DNA of 63,874 bases, filler included, from an uncultured Methanoregulaceae archaeon (GCA_964530035.1; 3 parts of 3 records of this genome joined end to end with filler, not necessarily neighbours in it); one strand, 5' to 3'; shown: positions 28,947-38,603, counted from the first letter of the whole stretch. Numbers and translations are program-made. Notes: a model not told the origin generated them from the sequence alone.

Positions 28947-31007
28947 ATGGGTGAACCGATCGAAGTAACGGTCCCCGATATCTCCCCCTCATCGCCGCGG
29001 AAGGAGAGGTGGGATAAGCAAAAGGGCGAGGAGTCCGTTTTCCCGGGATATGAGCTCCTGAAAGCTCCCGGAGGAAGTGCGGCCAAGGATAAAACCAGCA
29101 AAGATGAACAAAAAAAGGGGAAAGGTTCTCAAAATGGGGCTGAAACTGAACCAGGCGGCGAATCATCGACGAGTGGTTTTGAAGAAACCCCGGGTGAGAA
29201 TGAACCTTCGGCAGAAGATATGGCTGCCGGTACAGACTCCACGTCTACCGGAAGTGAAACCGGCGACCTGGATTCAGCATCCGATACTGTTGCTGGAGGG
29301 GCTGCTGCGCCAGGAGTGAAAGAAGAGAAAAAAGAAGCAGCGAATGAAGAGGAAAAACCTTCAGAAGTAGAGATAAGCACCGTACAGTTCGTCGACGAGG
29401 AGTGGGAGCCATATGCTTCGATGAACTATACCCTGGGGGAAAAATCCAATTATACTGATAATGACGGGTTTGTCAGGGACAACCCCACCGGTGTTTCCGA
29501 CCCTGTCATCAGGCTTGTAACTGTCAGGACCGACGACAAGGCAGGGAGCGGGTCTGGAAAGGGCCAGGCAAGGGACGAAACCCTCTCGAAGAAGTACGAG
29601 GAGTTCACCTGGACCGTATGTGACAAGGCTTTCGGGGGAAAGGGGCCGATACGCCTTGGAGACCAGAGGGCTGACGAGATCACCCTTGCCGGCAGGATGT
29701 TCGATATTATCGGGATAACCCTTCCCTCCGGCAAGGGTTCATCAGGAGAACCAAAGCAGGGAGTGTTCGATAAAAGGATGGATGAACGTCTTACCCTGTT
29801 CCAGGATATCTGGCCGGTCGATTATGCCGGTATAAGGAAAAAGCGGGAATCCCTGAAAATGGACCGTCTCCTTGGGCCGAGGACCGTCCTCTCCCTCGGC
29901 TGCGAAATGGTACGGTGGGGAGTCATTCCTTTTTACTGGTACTTTCTTTCAGAAGGGGAAGGAGAAAACGAAGAGAGAACGATGGTCTATGTCACCCTTC
30001 TCCAGACCGTTGTTCATGACGGAGCAGATGTCGCGAAAATCCTTGCAACAGGTCAGAAGAGCCCGAGACTTCTCGTCCCGAAGACCGGTGAGAACGCATT
30101 CGACACTCCCCGGATGGATAAGAAAGATGCAAAACCGAAGCACCTCATCATCAGGATGCTTGGGATGCTGCAGAAGGAGTGCTGGGAAGTGACCATCCGG
30201 CAAAAAAATATGATCGGTATCGGTTCCTGGCCAGGAACGGAAAGCAAAGAAGAATTCAGGGACGGAAAATGGTTGAACATGCGTGCAGGCCTCACGGTTA
30301 CCTGGCAGCTTCATTTGTCTATCACGATTCTGGACAAGGTGAAAATCTTCTCAACGGGCAAGGTTTCATTCATATCTATCGTACCCTATTCTTTTCCATT
30401 CTCAGATCCTCCCGTTTATCATTCATCGGTCGTGATTGGCATGGAAGTGACTGGGACAGGATCTGATCACGAAGGAGAACGATACGACCAGGTACCTCAC
30501 GCAGTCCGGTTCAACCCTTCAACGATCAGGGATGAAGACATTGAACTCAAAAAAAGATGGTCTGAGATTAAGAAAACACAGCTCCCGCTCTTATGGCTTG
30601 ATTCCTTTGTTGCCGAAGGCCGTATCGTCAATGAGAAGACGATCAGGATACCATTTCCGAATCCACCTTCTGAAACGGGGATCAGCCCTGACCAGGGTAT
30701 CGGCTGGACTGTGGGGTATTATTGTGAACTCGATGATACAGTCGCCAGGGAACGCATTGGCTACTGGAAAACAAAGAAAAAAGACAAGGACAGCGATACG
30801 TATTCAATCATGGATTATGATCGCTTTTTTTATGGCATATCGGTTGAGATCCCCCTTGTTGAAAATGAAACCCGGGACGTCAGGTTCAGGACCACCTGGA
30901 GTTCAGGTTCCGGCTCCATAGATAAGGTGGGCCAGGCATGGCGTCGTTCACCGGATGGACTGAATTATGAAAATCTGGAAACAACCATCATTAAACGGAC
31001 GACCTGA
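28947..31007 (+). CDS. Hypothetical protein, candidate cargo/effector of the tail-like system
   Basis: 686 aa; acidic disordered N-terminus, TTR-like segment, degenerate PG-binding-like segment, unrecognised C-terminal domain; same strand, inside the tail locus. Confidence 0.55.
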   Translation: MGEPIEVTVPDISPSSPRKERWDKQKGEESVFPGYELLKAPGGSAAKDKTSKDEQKKGKGSQNGAETEPGGESSTSGFEETPGENEPSAEDMAAGTDSTSTGSETGDLDSASDTVAGGAAAPGVKEEKKEAANEEEKPSEVEISTVQFVDEEWEPYASMNYTLGEKSNYTDNDGFVRDNPTGVSDPVIRLVTVRTDDKAGSGSGKGQARDETLSKKYEEFTWTVCDKAFGGKGPIRLGDQRADEITLAGRMFDIIGITLPSGKGSSGEPKQGVFDKRMDERLTLFQDIWPVDYAGIRKKRESLKMDRLLGPRTVLSLGCEMVRWGVIPFYWYFLSEGEGENEERTMVYVTLLQTVVHDGADVAKILATGQKSPRLLVPKTGENAFDTPRMDKKDAKPKHLIIRMLGMLQKECWEVTIRQKNMIGIGSWPGTESKEEFRDGKWLNMRAGLTVTWQLHLSITILDKVKIFSTGKVSFISIVPYSFPFSDPPVYHSSVVIGMEVTGTGSDHEGERYDQVPHAVRFNPSTIRDEDIELKKRWSEIKKTQLPLLWLDSFVAEGRIVNEKTIRIPFPNPPSETGISPDQGIGWTVGYYCELDDTVARERIGYWKTKKKDKDSDTYSIMDYDRFFYGISVEIPLVENETRDVRFRTTWSSGSGSIDKVGQAWRRSPDGLNYENLETTIIKRTT

Positions 31008-31135
31008 TGAGAAATCAGATAACAGACCCGGCTCCGTTACAGAGAAGGATGGCGAATCCTTCAACTGACGTCTCCAAATCACTATTGTCTTGTCCCTTTG
31101 AAAAAAGATTGAGAGGGAGGCTTTGTTTCGCCTTC

Positions 31136-33169
31136 TCACGGACCCGGCTTGATAAGCGGCAGGTCGTCACGGTTCAGGGTCGTCAGCTCATAGGGGGTAT
31201 CCGCAAACCCGTCATGGTCCTTGTCAGTAGCAGTCTCCGAAAAGCCGGTCCCGTTCGGAAACGCCCAGTAGTTGCCGCCAGTCTTCGACCCGCCGACAAT
31301 ATTTTTCCCTGACTTTTTCGCAATGTTCCAGGCATTTTTCGCTGGCCCGGGACTGTATTTCCCGGTACCTGGCTGGAAGTAGAAGTTCAAGTCGTTGCTC
31401 AGGAGGTTGTTGTAGATAGTGTTCTGTGTCGCCGCCCCGATGATCCTGATCCCGATGTCATTCGACCGGACGGTATTGTCAAAAATGGTATTTTTCTTCC
31501 CTGCCAGGGTTATGGCATCGGCAGACCCGTCGTTCTTGTTTTCTTCGATGGTGTTACCCCTGACCGTGGCATCCTGTCCCTCGATCCTGACCGCCGAAAG
31601 GCGGTTTTCTCTCATGACATTCGAACCTATCCACACTTTTTGAGAGTTGTCCTGGGCTGTAATAATCCCTATGTCGTTGTTTGTAAACGTATTTTTTGAA
31701 ACGGACAGGTCCCGGACGCTGGCGGTGTACATCCCGAACCCGGAATTTCCCGAAAAGGTGTTGGAGAGGAACTTGAGGTTCGTATTGGTGAGGGTTGCCG
31801 CTGATTTGTTCAGGTATACCCCGCCTTTTGCATTTTCCTCGAACGCCGTTCCTGAACACTGGACATTTCCGACCCCGAGGAGTAACAATCCTGTGCCGGT
31901 GTTTCCTGATATCGTGGACTTGTCAATGATAATCCCGTTCACGTCTTCTAAGCGGATACCATTGCATACCTTGGTGCCATCACCGGGATTGTCTGATATG
32001 ACCGAAGAACGCAGGGTAAACCCTGAAACACCGTTCATGTTTAAAGCATTGCCTTTCCTGACATTCCGAACCGAAACCTTCTCCAGGGTTATCTTTTTTG
32101 CATGGTCTCCGGTGATGCTTATACCATCACTGTTGAGGTCCTTGATCGTGACATCCGTCACGGTGGCATACTTGCCTGTCTTTTCATCATAGGCATTCCC
32201 GAGGGTAATAGCCGACAACGGGTCAGACGAGGAGATGGTATGTCCGTACCCGTTGATGGTCACATACGAGGCAGATACCCTGATGTATCCAGCAAAATCA
32301 CGGTCTATACAATATTTGCCGGATTTCTGAATAACGGTGGATGAGGAGATGAGAGTGCATTCCTTTGAATCCGGGGGACGCGTAGGAGTCTTTGTCGGTG
32401 TTGTGGTCCTGGTCGGGGTTACCGTTGGTGTGGCTGCCGTCGGGGTTGCTGTTGCCCCTGTCCCGGTGGGTGTCACCGAAGGAGTCCCGCCAGGCGTAAC
32501 CGTCACCGTAGGAGTGACGGGGGGAAAAGGTGTTGGTGTCGGACTCATGGTCCTCGTGGGGGTCGGCGTTACTGACGAGGCCTGTATTGCAATGGTGACC
32601 GGCATCGAGGAGTCGATATTATTGTCCGGGTTCTGGTCAGGGATTTTCCCGAGAGGGTCGGCCTGCACCGCGATATAATAATTACCCGGCGGGATGTCGG
32701 AAGGGATTTTCAAGGTCGTTGAAAAGGTCATCACCATGCCTGTCGACAGCCCGGAAAGGGTTTTCGTCGACCCGAGCAGGTACATCCTGTTCAGGTCGCT
32801 GCTGTCGAGCAGGTCAAAGGAGAGATCGACCGCGGGGGTGTCAACGCTTCCCGTATTCTGGAGCATCGTTGATACCAGTATGGATGACCCGGCCGTCCCT
32901 GAAGAAGGGCCGGAAACCGAAGTGATTGAGATATCAGCCGCTGATGATGAAGAGATTACCCCGGGAAGTGTCAATTGTCCCGGGGAAGGATAACTCCCGT
33001 ACGTCTGTCCGTCGTTACTCCAGAAAAATGATGATGAAACGTACAGCGTGGGATTGGCTTCAGGGTTTTTAACGGAGGTGTCGGATGTCAGAGAACCAGG
33101 GGATGCCTGGGCAGCACCCAGTACCAGGCATCCCAGGACCAGGAGAAGAAGGACGGACACATGGTTCAT
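31136..33169 (-). CDS. Secreted cell-surface protein: signal peptide, CARDB, Thr/Pro linker, NosD/pectin-lyase-like parallel beta-helix
   Basis: Hydrophobic N-terminus; IPPGNYYIAVQADP...PDNN; TPTPT repeats; N/G-rich beta-helix repeats; C-terminal GGNYW...DGFADTPY. Confidence 0.85.
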   Translation of the reverse strand: MNHVSVLLLLVLGCLVLGAAQASPGSLTSDTSVKNPEANPTLYVSSSFFWSNDGQTYGSYPSPGQLTLPGVISSSSAADISITSVSGPSSGTAGSSILVSTMLQNTGSVDTPAVDLSFDLLDSSDLNRMYLLGSTKTLSGLSTGMVMTFSTTLKIPSDIPPGNYYIAVQADPLGKIPDQNPDNNIDSSMPVTIAIQASSVTPTPTRTMSPTPTPFPPVTPTVTVTPGGTPSVTPTGTGATATPTAATPTVTPTRTTTPTKTPTRPPDSKECTLISSSTVIQKSGKYCIDRDFAGYIRVSASYVTINGYGHTISSSDPLSAITLGNAYDEKTGKYATVTDVTIKDLNSDGISITGDHAKKITLEKVSVRNVRKGNALNMNGVSGFTLRSSVISDNPGDGTKVCNGIRLEDVNGIIIDKSTISGNTGTGLLLLGVGNVQCSGTAFEENAKGGVYLNKSAATLTNTNLKFLSNTFSGNSGFGMYTASVRDLSVSKNTFTNNDIGIITAQDNSQKVWIGSNVMRENRLSAVRIEGQDATVRGNTIEENKNDGSADAITLAGKKNTIFDNTVRSNDIGIRIIGAATQNTIYNNLLSNDLNFYFQPGTGKYSPGPAKNAWNIAKKSGKNIVGGSKTGGNYWAFPNGTGFSETATDKDHDGFADTPYELTTLNRDDLPLIKPGP

Positions 33170-33417
33170 ACAGGTACACCATCAGAGAACGAGCTGATAA
33201 ATCATTCGGAGAGTGCGAAAAACCTTTCACCAGGGAGTTTAAAAGGGCCTATTCAGGGATCCAATCATAAAAAGGAATGATTATCATGTTTTTATTTGGT
33301 AAAAGAACCCCTATTCTCCAACAGGTCCTGCAAAGGGCACGGTTTTCGGGCAGGTACCATGCCGGCATAACTATAAATAACGACTCTAGTGTATAATTCA
33401 TAAAGTTCTTATATGGG

Positions 33418-33966
33418 ATGAGCATGGCCCGGGGAAGTGAAGAAAAAACCAAGGAAAAAGCAGAAAATCCTGCCGATTCAGTTAAAAAAACCTTTGATAA
33501 TACCGGGACAAAGGTTACCGGCGGTATCGACAGGGTGAAGGATGCCTATGCCTCGAAAAGACAGGCCGGCGATGACCTTCTCGCCAGGGCCCAGGGGCCG
33601 GCGACCGACCTGGCTGCAAAGACAGACCAGGCACGTTCTTCGTTCGACTCTGCGTTTGCAAGGCTGAACGGCCCGGCTGATGCCCTGTCGATGAGACAAC
33701 AGCAGGCACAGGCAGCCATCGATTCAGCCACCATGAAAGCCGAAAGTGCAGGACAACTCCTCTCAATACGGGAAAAGGCTCACAGCCTGTCACTGACGCA
33801 GCTTGACCAGGGTGTCGGCAATGCGAAAGGTATGGCAGACCAGGTTACCCAGGGCATCGAACAGCGCCAGGCCGAATTCAATACCACTTCAGGGATGATC
33901 ACAAGCCTGAAGGAGAAGATAGCAGCCCTGGCACAGGGTGCCGGGCAGCTCAACAGGCAGGGATAA
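33418..33966 (+). CDS. Hypothetical alpha-helical Ala/Gln/Lys-rich protein, first gene of the spike/baseplate operon
   Basis: 182 aa amphipathic helical composition; AT-rich promoter-like region upstream; 4 nt gap to the spike gene. Confidence 0.6.
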   Translation: MSMARGSEEKTKEKAENPADSVKKTFDNTGTKVTGGIDRVKDAYASKRQAGDDLLARAQGPATDLAAKTDQARSSFDSAFARLNGPADALSMRQQQAQAAIDSATMKAESAGQLLSIREKAHSLSLTQLDQGVGNAKGMADQVTQGIEQRQAEFNTTSGMITSLKEKIAALAQGAGQLNRQG

Positions 33967-33970
33967 TGCC

Positions 33971-34618
33971 ATGAACGCCGTCGAGGTCATCAGGAAAATC
34001 GTTGAGGAGGAGTCAAAGAAGATCCATATCCTGGAGATCGGGGTCATCACGTCCCTCTTCTCCCATGCCAGTTCCGGTGACCGGGACAATTACGAAGTCA
34101 ACGTGAAGCTCAAGAACCGGGACCTCGAGCTCCGGAAGGTCCCGGTGGCCACCCAGCATATCGGGCTGACGTACATCCCGAACATCGGGGACCTCGTCCT
34201 CGTTTCGTTTGTAAACGGCAACATCAACTCCCCCGTGGTCCTCGCCAGGCTTTTTTCAGATGAACAGCGACCACCTGAAAACCAGGCCGGAGAGATAATC
34301 TACGAGTCCCCGGACCCGAAGAAATCCGGCCTGAAACGGTTACAGCTCACGTTTAAAAGTGGAGTGTCCCTTTGCATTACCGATGATGATATTGTCATAA
34401 AGGCTGGAAAGACCACGGTTTCCATAACGAATGACGGTGACATCAGTATCGGTTCGAATGCGTCGATGGACCTGAAGGCAAAAGGAGACCTCACGCTCTC
34501 GGGCCGGAACGTCACGATTAAAAGTGACCAGGCTCTTGACCTCTCTGCAGGGACGACGGGAAAACTGGAGGCCACGGCAACCCTTGACCTCAAGGGAGCC
34601 ATGGTGAATATCAACTAG
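33971..34618 (+). CDS. Baseplate spike protein (P2 gpV / VgrG-like OB fold + beta-helix)
   Basis: YIPNIGDLVLVSFVNGNINSPVVLARLFSDEQRPP; C-terminal repeats ending LDLKGAMVNIN. Confidence 0.9.
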   Translation: MNAVEVIRKIVEEESKKIHILEIGVITSLFSHASSGDRDNYEVNVKLKNRDLELRKVPVATQHIGLTYIPNIGDLVLVSFVNGNINSPVVLARLFSDEQRPPENQAGEIIYESPDPKKSGLKRLQLTFKSGVSLCITDDDIVIKAGKTTVSITNDGDISIGSNASMDLKAKGDLTLSGRNVTIKSDQALDLSAGTTGKLEATATLDLKGAMVNIN

Positions 34619-34636
34619 GATGGAGCGGAGCAGATA

Positions 34637-35029
34637 ATGGGGATGCCGGCAGCGAAACAGGGAGACAAGATCCTTGCAATGGATATCCACATCATTTTGG
34701 TCCCGTCACCGGGAGGCCCGGTACCCACTCCATTGCCTCACCCGTTCAGCGGGATGATTGACTCCGGAACCAGTTCCAATGTCATGATCATGGGACTGCC
34801 CGCGGCCACCGTCGGTACGACCGCCACGAACATGCCCCCCCATATCCCCATGGGAGGCCCGTTCCAGGTCCCGCCGCGAAACCGTGGTACCATTATAACA
34901 GGGAGTCCCACCGTGCATATCAACGGAAAAATGGCGGCCAGGAACGGGGATACGGCGATGACCTGCAACGACCCGGCAGACCTGCCTTCAGGATCGGTTG
35001 TGGCGGCCGGGACGGTCATGATCGGATAG
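34637..35029 (+). CDS. PAAR-domain spike tip protein
   Basis: MPAAKQGD, IMGLPAATVG, GSPTVHINGKMAARNGD and VMIG. Confidence 0.92.
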   Translation: MGMPAAKQGDKILAMDIHIILVPSPGGPVPTPLPHPFSGMIDSGTSSNVMIMGLPAATVGTTATNMPPHIPMGGPFQVPPRNRGTIITGSPTVHINGKMAARNGDTAMTCNDPADLPSGSVVAAGTVMIG

Positions 35030-35040
35030 GAGGAAGGAGC

Positions 35041-35478
35041 ATGGACGAAGATCTTCTTGGAAAGGATTTGAGCATCCTCCTGGAACGCTACCCTGATGCC
35101 GGGGGACTTGGTGCCGACCTCGCCGTCACCCGGGACGGGGACGTCGACATCGTCGACGGGCGGCATAACCTTGGCCAGGCGGTCTTCCACCGGCTGCTCA
35201 CCAGACGGGGGGAACTGGCAGATATCGGGCATCCCGATTACGGTTCCCGGCTCCACGAACTCATCGGTGAGCCCAACAACCAGGCGACCCGGGAACTGGT
35301 CAGGCTCTATGTGAAAGAATGCCTCTCGCAGGAATCGCGGATCCAGGATATTCAGAGCATCAGGGTGACCGTCCCGGAGGACAACCGCCATGCGGTCATC
35401 ATCGATCTCTCGGTCGTACCCATCAGGTCTCTGGTCCCCATGAACCTGGTCTTTCCCTATTACCTCGAGGTGGGCTGA
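35041..35478 (+). CDS. gp25 / GPW baseplate wedge (sheath initiator)
   Basis: NLGQAVFHRLLTRRGEL...HPDYGSRLHELIGEP...ESRI; NLVFPYYL. Confidence 0.9.
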   Translation: MDEDLLGKDLSILLERYPDAGGLGADLAVTRDGDVDIVDGRHNLGQAVFHRLLTRRGELADIGHPDYGSRLHELIGEPNNQATRELVRLYVKECLSQESRIQDIQSIRVTVPEDNRHAVIIDLSVVPIRSLVPMNLVFPYYLEVG

Positions 35479-35480
35479 CA

Positions 35481-37022
35481 ATGACATTTAGCATGAAGAC
35501 CTTTTCCGAAATCACCGAGGAGATCCTGCAGCAGGTCACCCGCGGCATCGTACGGGAACGGCATGAATACGAGAGTGAAAGAACGAAATACAAACTGAAC
35601 GGTGACACCGTTCATGATATCATCAGGGTGGAGGGGGTCGTCGGGCAGAGCAGCCATGTCTTCAGATCAGGGACCGATTACCGTCGTTCCGGGACAATGC
35701 TCGAATGGGTTGACGGTGGCCAGAAACCAGACCCTGATTCATCTTTTTTTGTCAGCTATACCCTTGGGTCCGTATCGGCTATCACCGACGTCAACCCCGG
35801 CAGTGTGGTCAGGACATTCGTGGAAGCCATCGGACTCGAGGTGGACTTCCTGTATGCACAGATGAACGAGGTGTACCGTGCCGGTTTCATTGATACCGCA
35901 TCCGGAGAGTCACTTGACCTGGTGGTCTCGCTCCTTGGTATCGGAAGGAAACCCGCCGGCATGGCGCAGGGGGAGGTCACGTTCGGACGGCATTCGGAAC
36001 CGGGGACCATGGAGGTCACCCGCGAGACCCATATGTACGATGGTTCAGGCCAGGTTATCCTGAACAAGAAAGAGATCAGCCATATCGATACAGTTGAAGG
36101 AACCTCGGGGGGAAAGGAGGTGGCCCTTGAGGTGGGTAAGGATTATACCATCGACCGGAACTCACTCATCTTCTTGAAGGACGGCAGGAACCCGGACATC
36201 CAGACTCCTGTGTATGTCGACTATACCGCCTTCGAGTCCTACGTCATCCCGAGGGACACCCGGATTTCGACATACTCCCGGAAGGCATCCCAGGTGAAGG
36301 TATTCAGGACGCTCCGTGACACCGAGCTTGTCCGTTCCCCTGCCGGCAGGTGGGAAGTAACGGTGCCGGTTATCGCTGCCGAGGCAGGAAAGGCGGGAAA
36401 CGTATATGCCGGCACGTTAACGGTGATGCCGTCCCCTCCGATAGGCATTGAGTTCGTCATCAACCGGAGTGATATCCTGAACGGGACCGATGCTGAGGAA
36501 GACGCCGACCTCAGGGAACGGGCAAAACATGCCCTTGAAACTGCGGGAAAGGCCACCCTGTCATCAATTCGGTCAGCGGTCGAGGGGATCGAGGGGGTGA
36601 TCGGGGACGTGAAGGTCGTGGACCAGCCCGACGGAGTGCCAGGTCTTGTCCAGGTTATTGCAAGCGGGGGAAACGAGGCACGGATACGAGAGGTGATCGA
36701 TGATACCCGGTCGGCAGGTGTGCTGGTCGAGTTCAAGAGACCGAGGATGGTACCGGTCCATGTGGCCCTGACAATCACGGTCACCCAGGGTATCAGCCCG
36801 GACGAAGTCAGGCTCTCGGTTGACAAGGCCATCAGGGGGTACATGGGGTCGCTTGAAATCGACGAGGACATCATTGTCAGCCGTATCATCAGCCTTGTCC
36901 TCCAGGTTAAAGGGGTCAGGGATGTATTCAACGTGACCTTGAATGACCGGAACGAAAATATCGAGGTCAGGTTCGATGAAAAGGGAGAGCTCCGTCTCCT
37001 GGACATATTCATGGAGGACTAG
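35481..37022 (+). CDS. Baseplate J / gp47 family protein
   Basis: DVNPGSVVRTFVEA, FIDTASGESLD, AGKAGNV, GTDAEEDADLRERA, VKGVRDV. Confidence 0.9.
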   Translation: MTFSMKTFSEITEEILQQVTRGIVRERHEYESERTKYKLNGDTVHDIIRVEGVVGQSSHVFRSGTDYRRSGTMLEWVDGGQKPDPDSSFFVSYTLGSVSAITDVNPGSVVRTFVEAIGLEVDFLYAQMNEVYRAGFIDTASGESLDLVVSLLGIGRKPAGMAQGEVTFGRHSEPGTMEVTRETHMYDGSGQVILNKKEISHIDTVEGTSGGKEVALEVGKDYTIDRNSLIFLKDGRNPDIQTPVYVDYTAFESYVIPRDTRISTYSRKASQVKVFRTLRDTELVRSPAGRWEVTVPVIAAEAGKAGNVYAGTLTVMPSPPIGIEFVINRSDILNGTDAEEDADLRERAKHALETAGKATLSSIRSAVEGIEGVIGDVKVVDQPDGVPGLVQVIASGGNEARIREVIDDTRSAGVLVEFKRPRMVPVHVALTITVTQGISPDEVRLSVDKAIRGYMGSLEIDEDIIVSRIISLVLQVKGVRDVFNVTLNDRNENIEVRFDEKGELRLLDIFMED

Positions 37023-37025
37023 GTG

Positions 37026-37943
37026 ATGGCGAGGAAGAAAGAGATCTCACAGCACCTTCCCCATTTTTACCGCTCCTGGGACCGGGAATCAGCCCTGTCC
37101 ATGATCATCGCCGGAGTCGGCTCCGCCCTTGACGAGACCGAAAAGGACCTCGTGTCGATCATGAGGAGCCACTGGGTCGACACTGCCCATGCACACGACC
37201 TCGATCATATCGGGAGCCTGTACGGTCTTTCGAGAAGACCCGGTGAGACGGACCCTGAGTTACGGAACCGCCTGAAAAGGGCTATACTGAGCTACAAGGG
37301 AGGAGGCACCCCTGGAGCGGTCCGGATGGTGGTGCGGATGCTCCTCCGGCTGCCTCCCGACCACCCGGTAACCATCATAGAAAATCCTAAACGGACAGTT
37401 AAGAAAACCCTGCAGGTAAGGGCGAACCAGGAATTTCTCTTGAACCCTCGTTCCATTGAGGATACCGTACCCCGGATAACCTTTGAAATCGAGACACCGG
37501 ATACCCTTGCCACGGACCCGAGCTTCACGAACCTCACCACGGGACGGACGGTGACCTATAAGGGACGGGTGTCGAGCGGGGACGTCCTCGTCATGTCCGC
37601 TGATGGATCGACCCTGAACGGCACGGATGTATCAGGGTCCACCGTGTATGAGGGTTTTCCCGACCTCCCGAGAAGACGGTCCACCTGGAAGTACTCGGAG
37701 CAGACCGGGGGGAATATAGGCGTTTTTGACCGGACAGCCTTCGATGAATCGGTTTTTGCCATCGATATCATCGCCAGGGTGACCGTCGAGTGGCAGGCCC
37801 GGGAACCAGCAGCGTTCGAAGTCCGCATAGAAAAAGAACTGCTCGATACTGCGGGGCTATCCAAATTTGACCTCCTTGAAGGGCTCAATGCCATCAAGGC
37901 ATGCGGAGTGAAGGCCTATGTACAGGTCGTTGAACAGACATGA
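37026..37943 (+). CDS. Baseplate wedge protein (P2 gpI / Mu gp48-like) with inserted Dit-like beta domain
   Basis: HLPHFY, WVDTAHAHDLDHIG...RRPGETDPELRNRL...GGGT, C-terminal IKACGVKA; directly after baseplate J. Confidence 0.75.
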   Translation: MARKKEISQHLPHFYRSWDRESALSMIIAGVGSALDETEKDLVSIMRSHWVDTAHAHDLDHIGSLYGLSRRPGETDPELRNRLKRAILSYKGGGTPGAVRMVVRMLLRLPPDHPVTIIENPKRTVKKTLQVRANQEFLLNPRSIEDTVPRITFEIETPDTLATDPSFTNLTTGRTVTYKGRVSSGDVLVMSADGSTLNGTDVSGSTVYEGFPDLPRRRSTWKYSEQTGGNIGVFDRTAFDESVFAIDIIARVTVEWQAREPAAFEVRIEKELLDTAGLSKFDLLEGLNAIKACGVKAYVQVVEQT

Positions 37944-37985
37944 CGGAGACAGGGCATCAGCCTCGTCCTGCGACAGGGAGTGACC

Positions 37986-38603
37986 ATGGCAAAAAAGTAT
38001 AAACCGGAACGAAAGAAACCAGGAGACCTCATCAGGTCCGAGGACTGGAACGCACTCGTTGATGAAGTTATCTTCCTTCGGAAGTATATCGGGAACATGA
38101 CCCGGAGCGTTACCCTGACCAACCTCGAGAGCCCGTCAGGAAAATCCCAGCTACTCAGCTCCGGTGTCCAGGAGGAGTTCAATTACGGGACCGACGTGCT
38201 CGGCCTCATCACCAGGCAGTTCTATACCACGGGAGAGGAGATTGGAGACGTATGCAAATACGGCCTGATCGATTATGCGGATATCATCTATTACTGGGCA
38301 GGGGCGATGAACGGTGACAGGAAAGCCCTCGAGATCACGCTTGAATATTTCGACGGCACGAATTATGCCTCGGATAGTCTCCTTATCCACGAATGGTCGA
38401 AACTTCGTCCGAAGGGGAAGGAAAATCCCTGGGTGGAGTATCTTTATTCGCCGAACCAGCGCCTGTGGTATAAATATGCGCTTAAAAATCCTTCACCTGA
38501 CAAAGGGATACGGTTTATTACCTTCAGGGACACGAGTTCCGAGACAGGCATCAGGATAGCCAACGTCCTCCAGTACGTGACACGGATATGGCCTCTCGAG
38601 TAG
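37986..38603 (+). CDS. Hypothetical protein, possible short fibre / receptor-binding component
   Basis: N-terminal PGDLIRSEDWNAL motif and short coiled coil, then a beta-rich aromatic domain. Confidence 0.5.
   Translation: MAKKYKPERKKPGDLIRSEDWNALVDEVIFLRKYIGNMTRSVTLTNLESPSGKSQLLSSGVQEEFNYGTDVLGLITRQFYTTGEEIGDVCKYGLIDYADIIYYWAGAMNGDRKALEITLEYFDGTNYASDSLLIHEWSKLRPKGKENPWVEYLYSPNQRLWYKYALKNPSPDKGIRFITFRDTSSETGIRIANVLQYVTRIWPLE

Noticed and set aside
28714..28968. 84-aa ORF between the hub and the candidate cargo gene, as a possible immunity gene
   Set aside because: No motifs, atypical composition and overlap with the next gene; more likely intergenic or promoter sequence
32380..32580. Tandem repeats or CRISPR-like array
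   Set aside because: These are degenerate codon repeats encoding a Thr/Pro linker; no constant repeat-spacer structure was seen anywhere in the window
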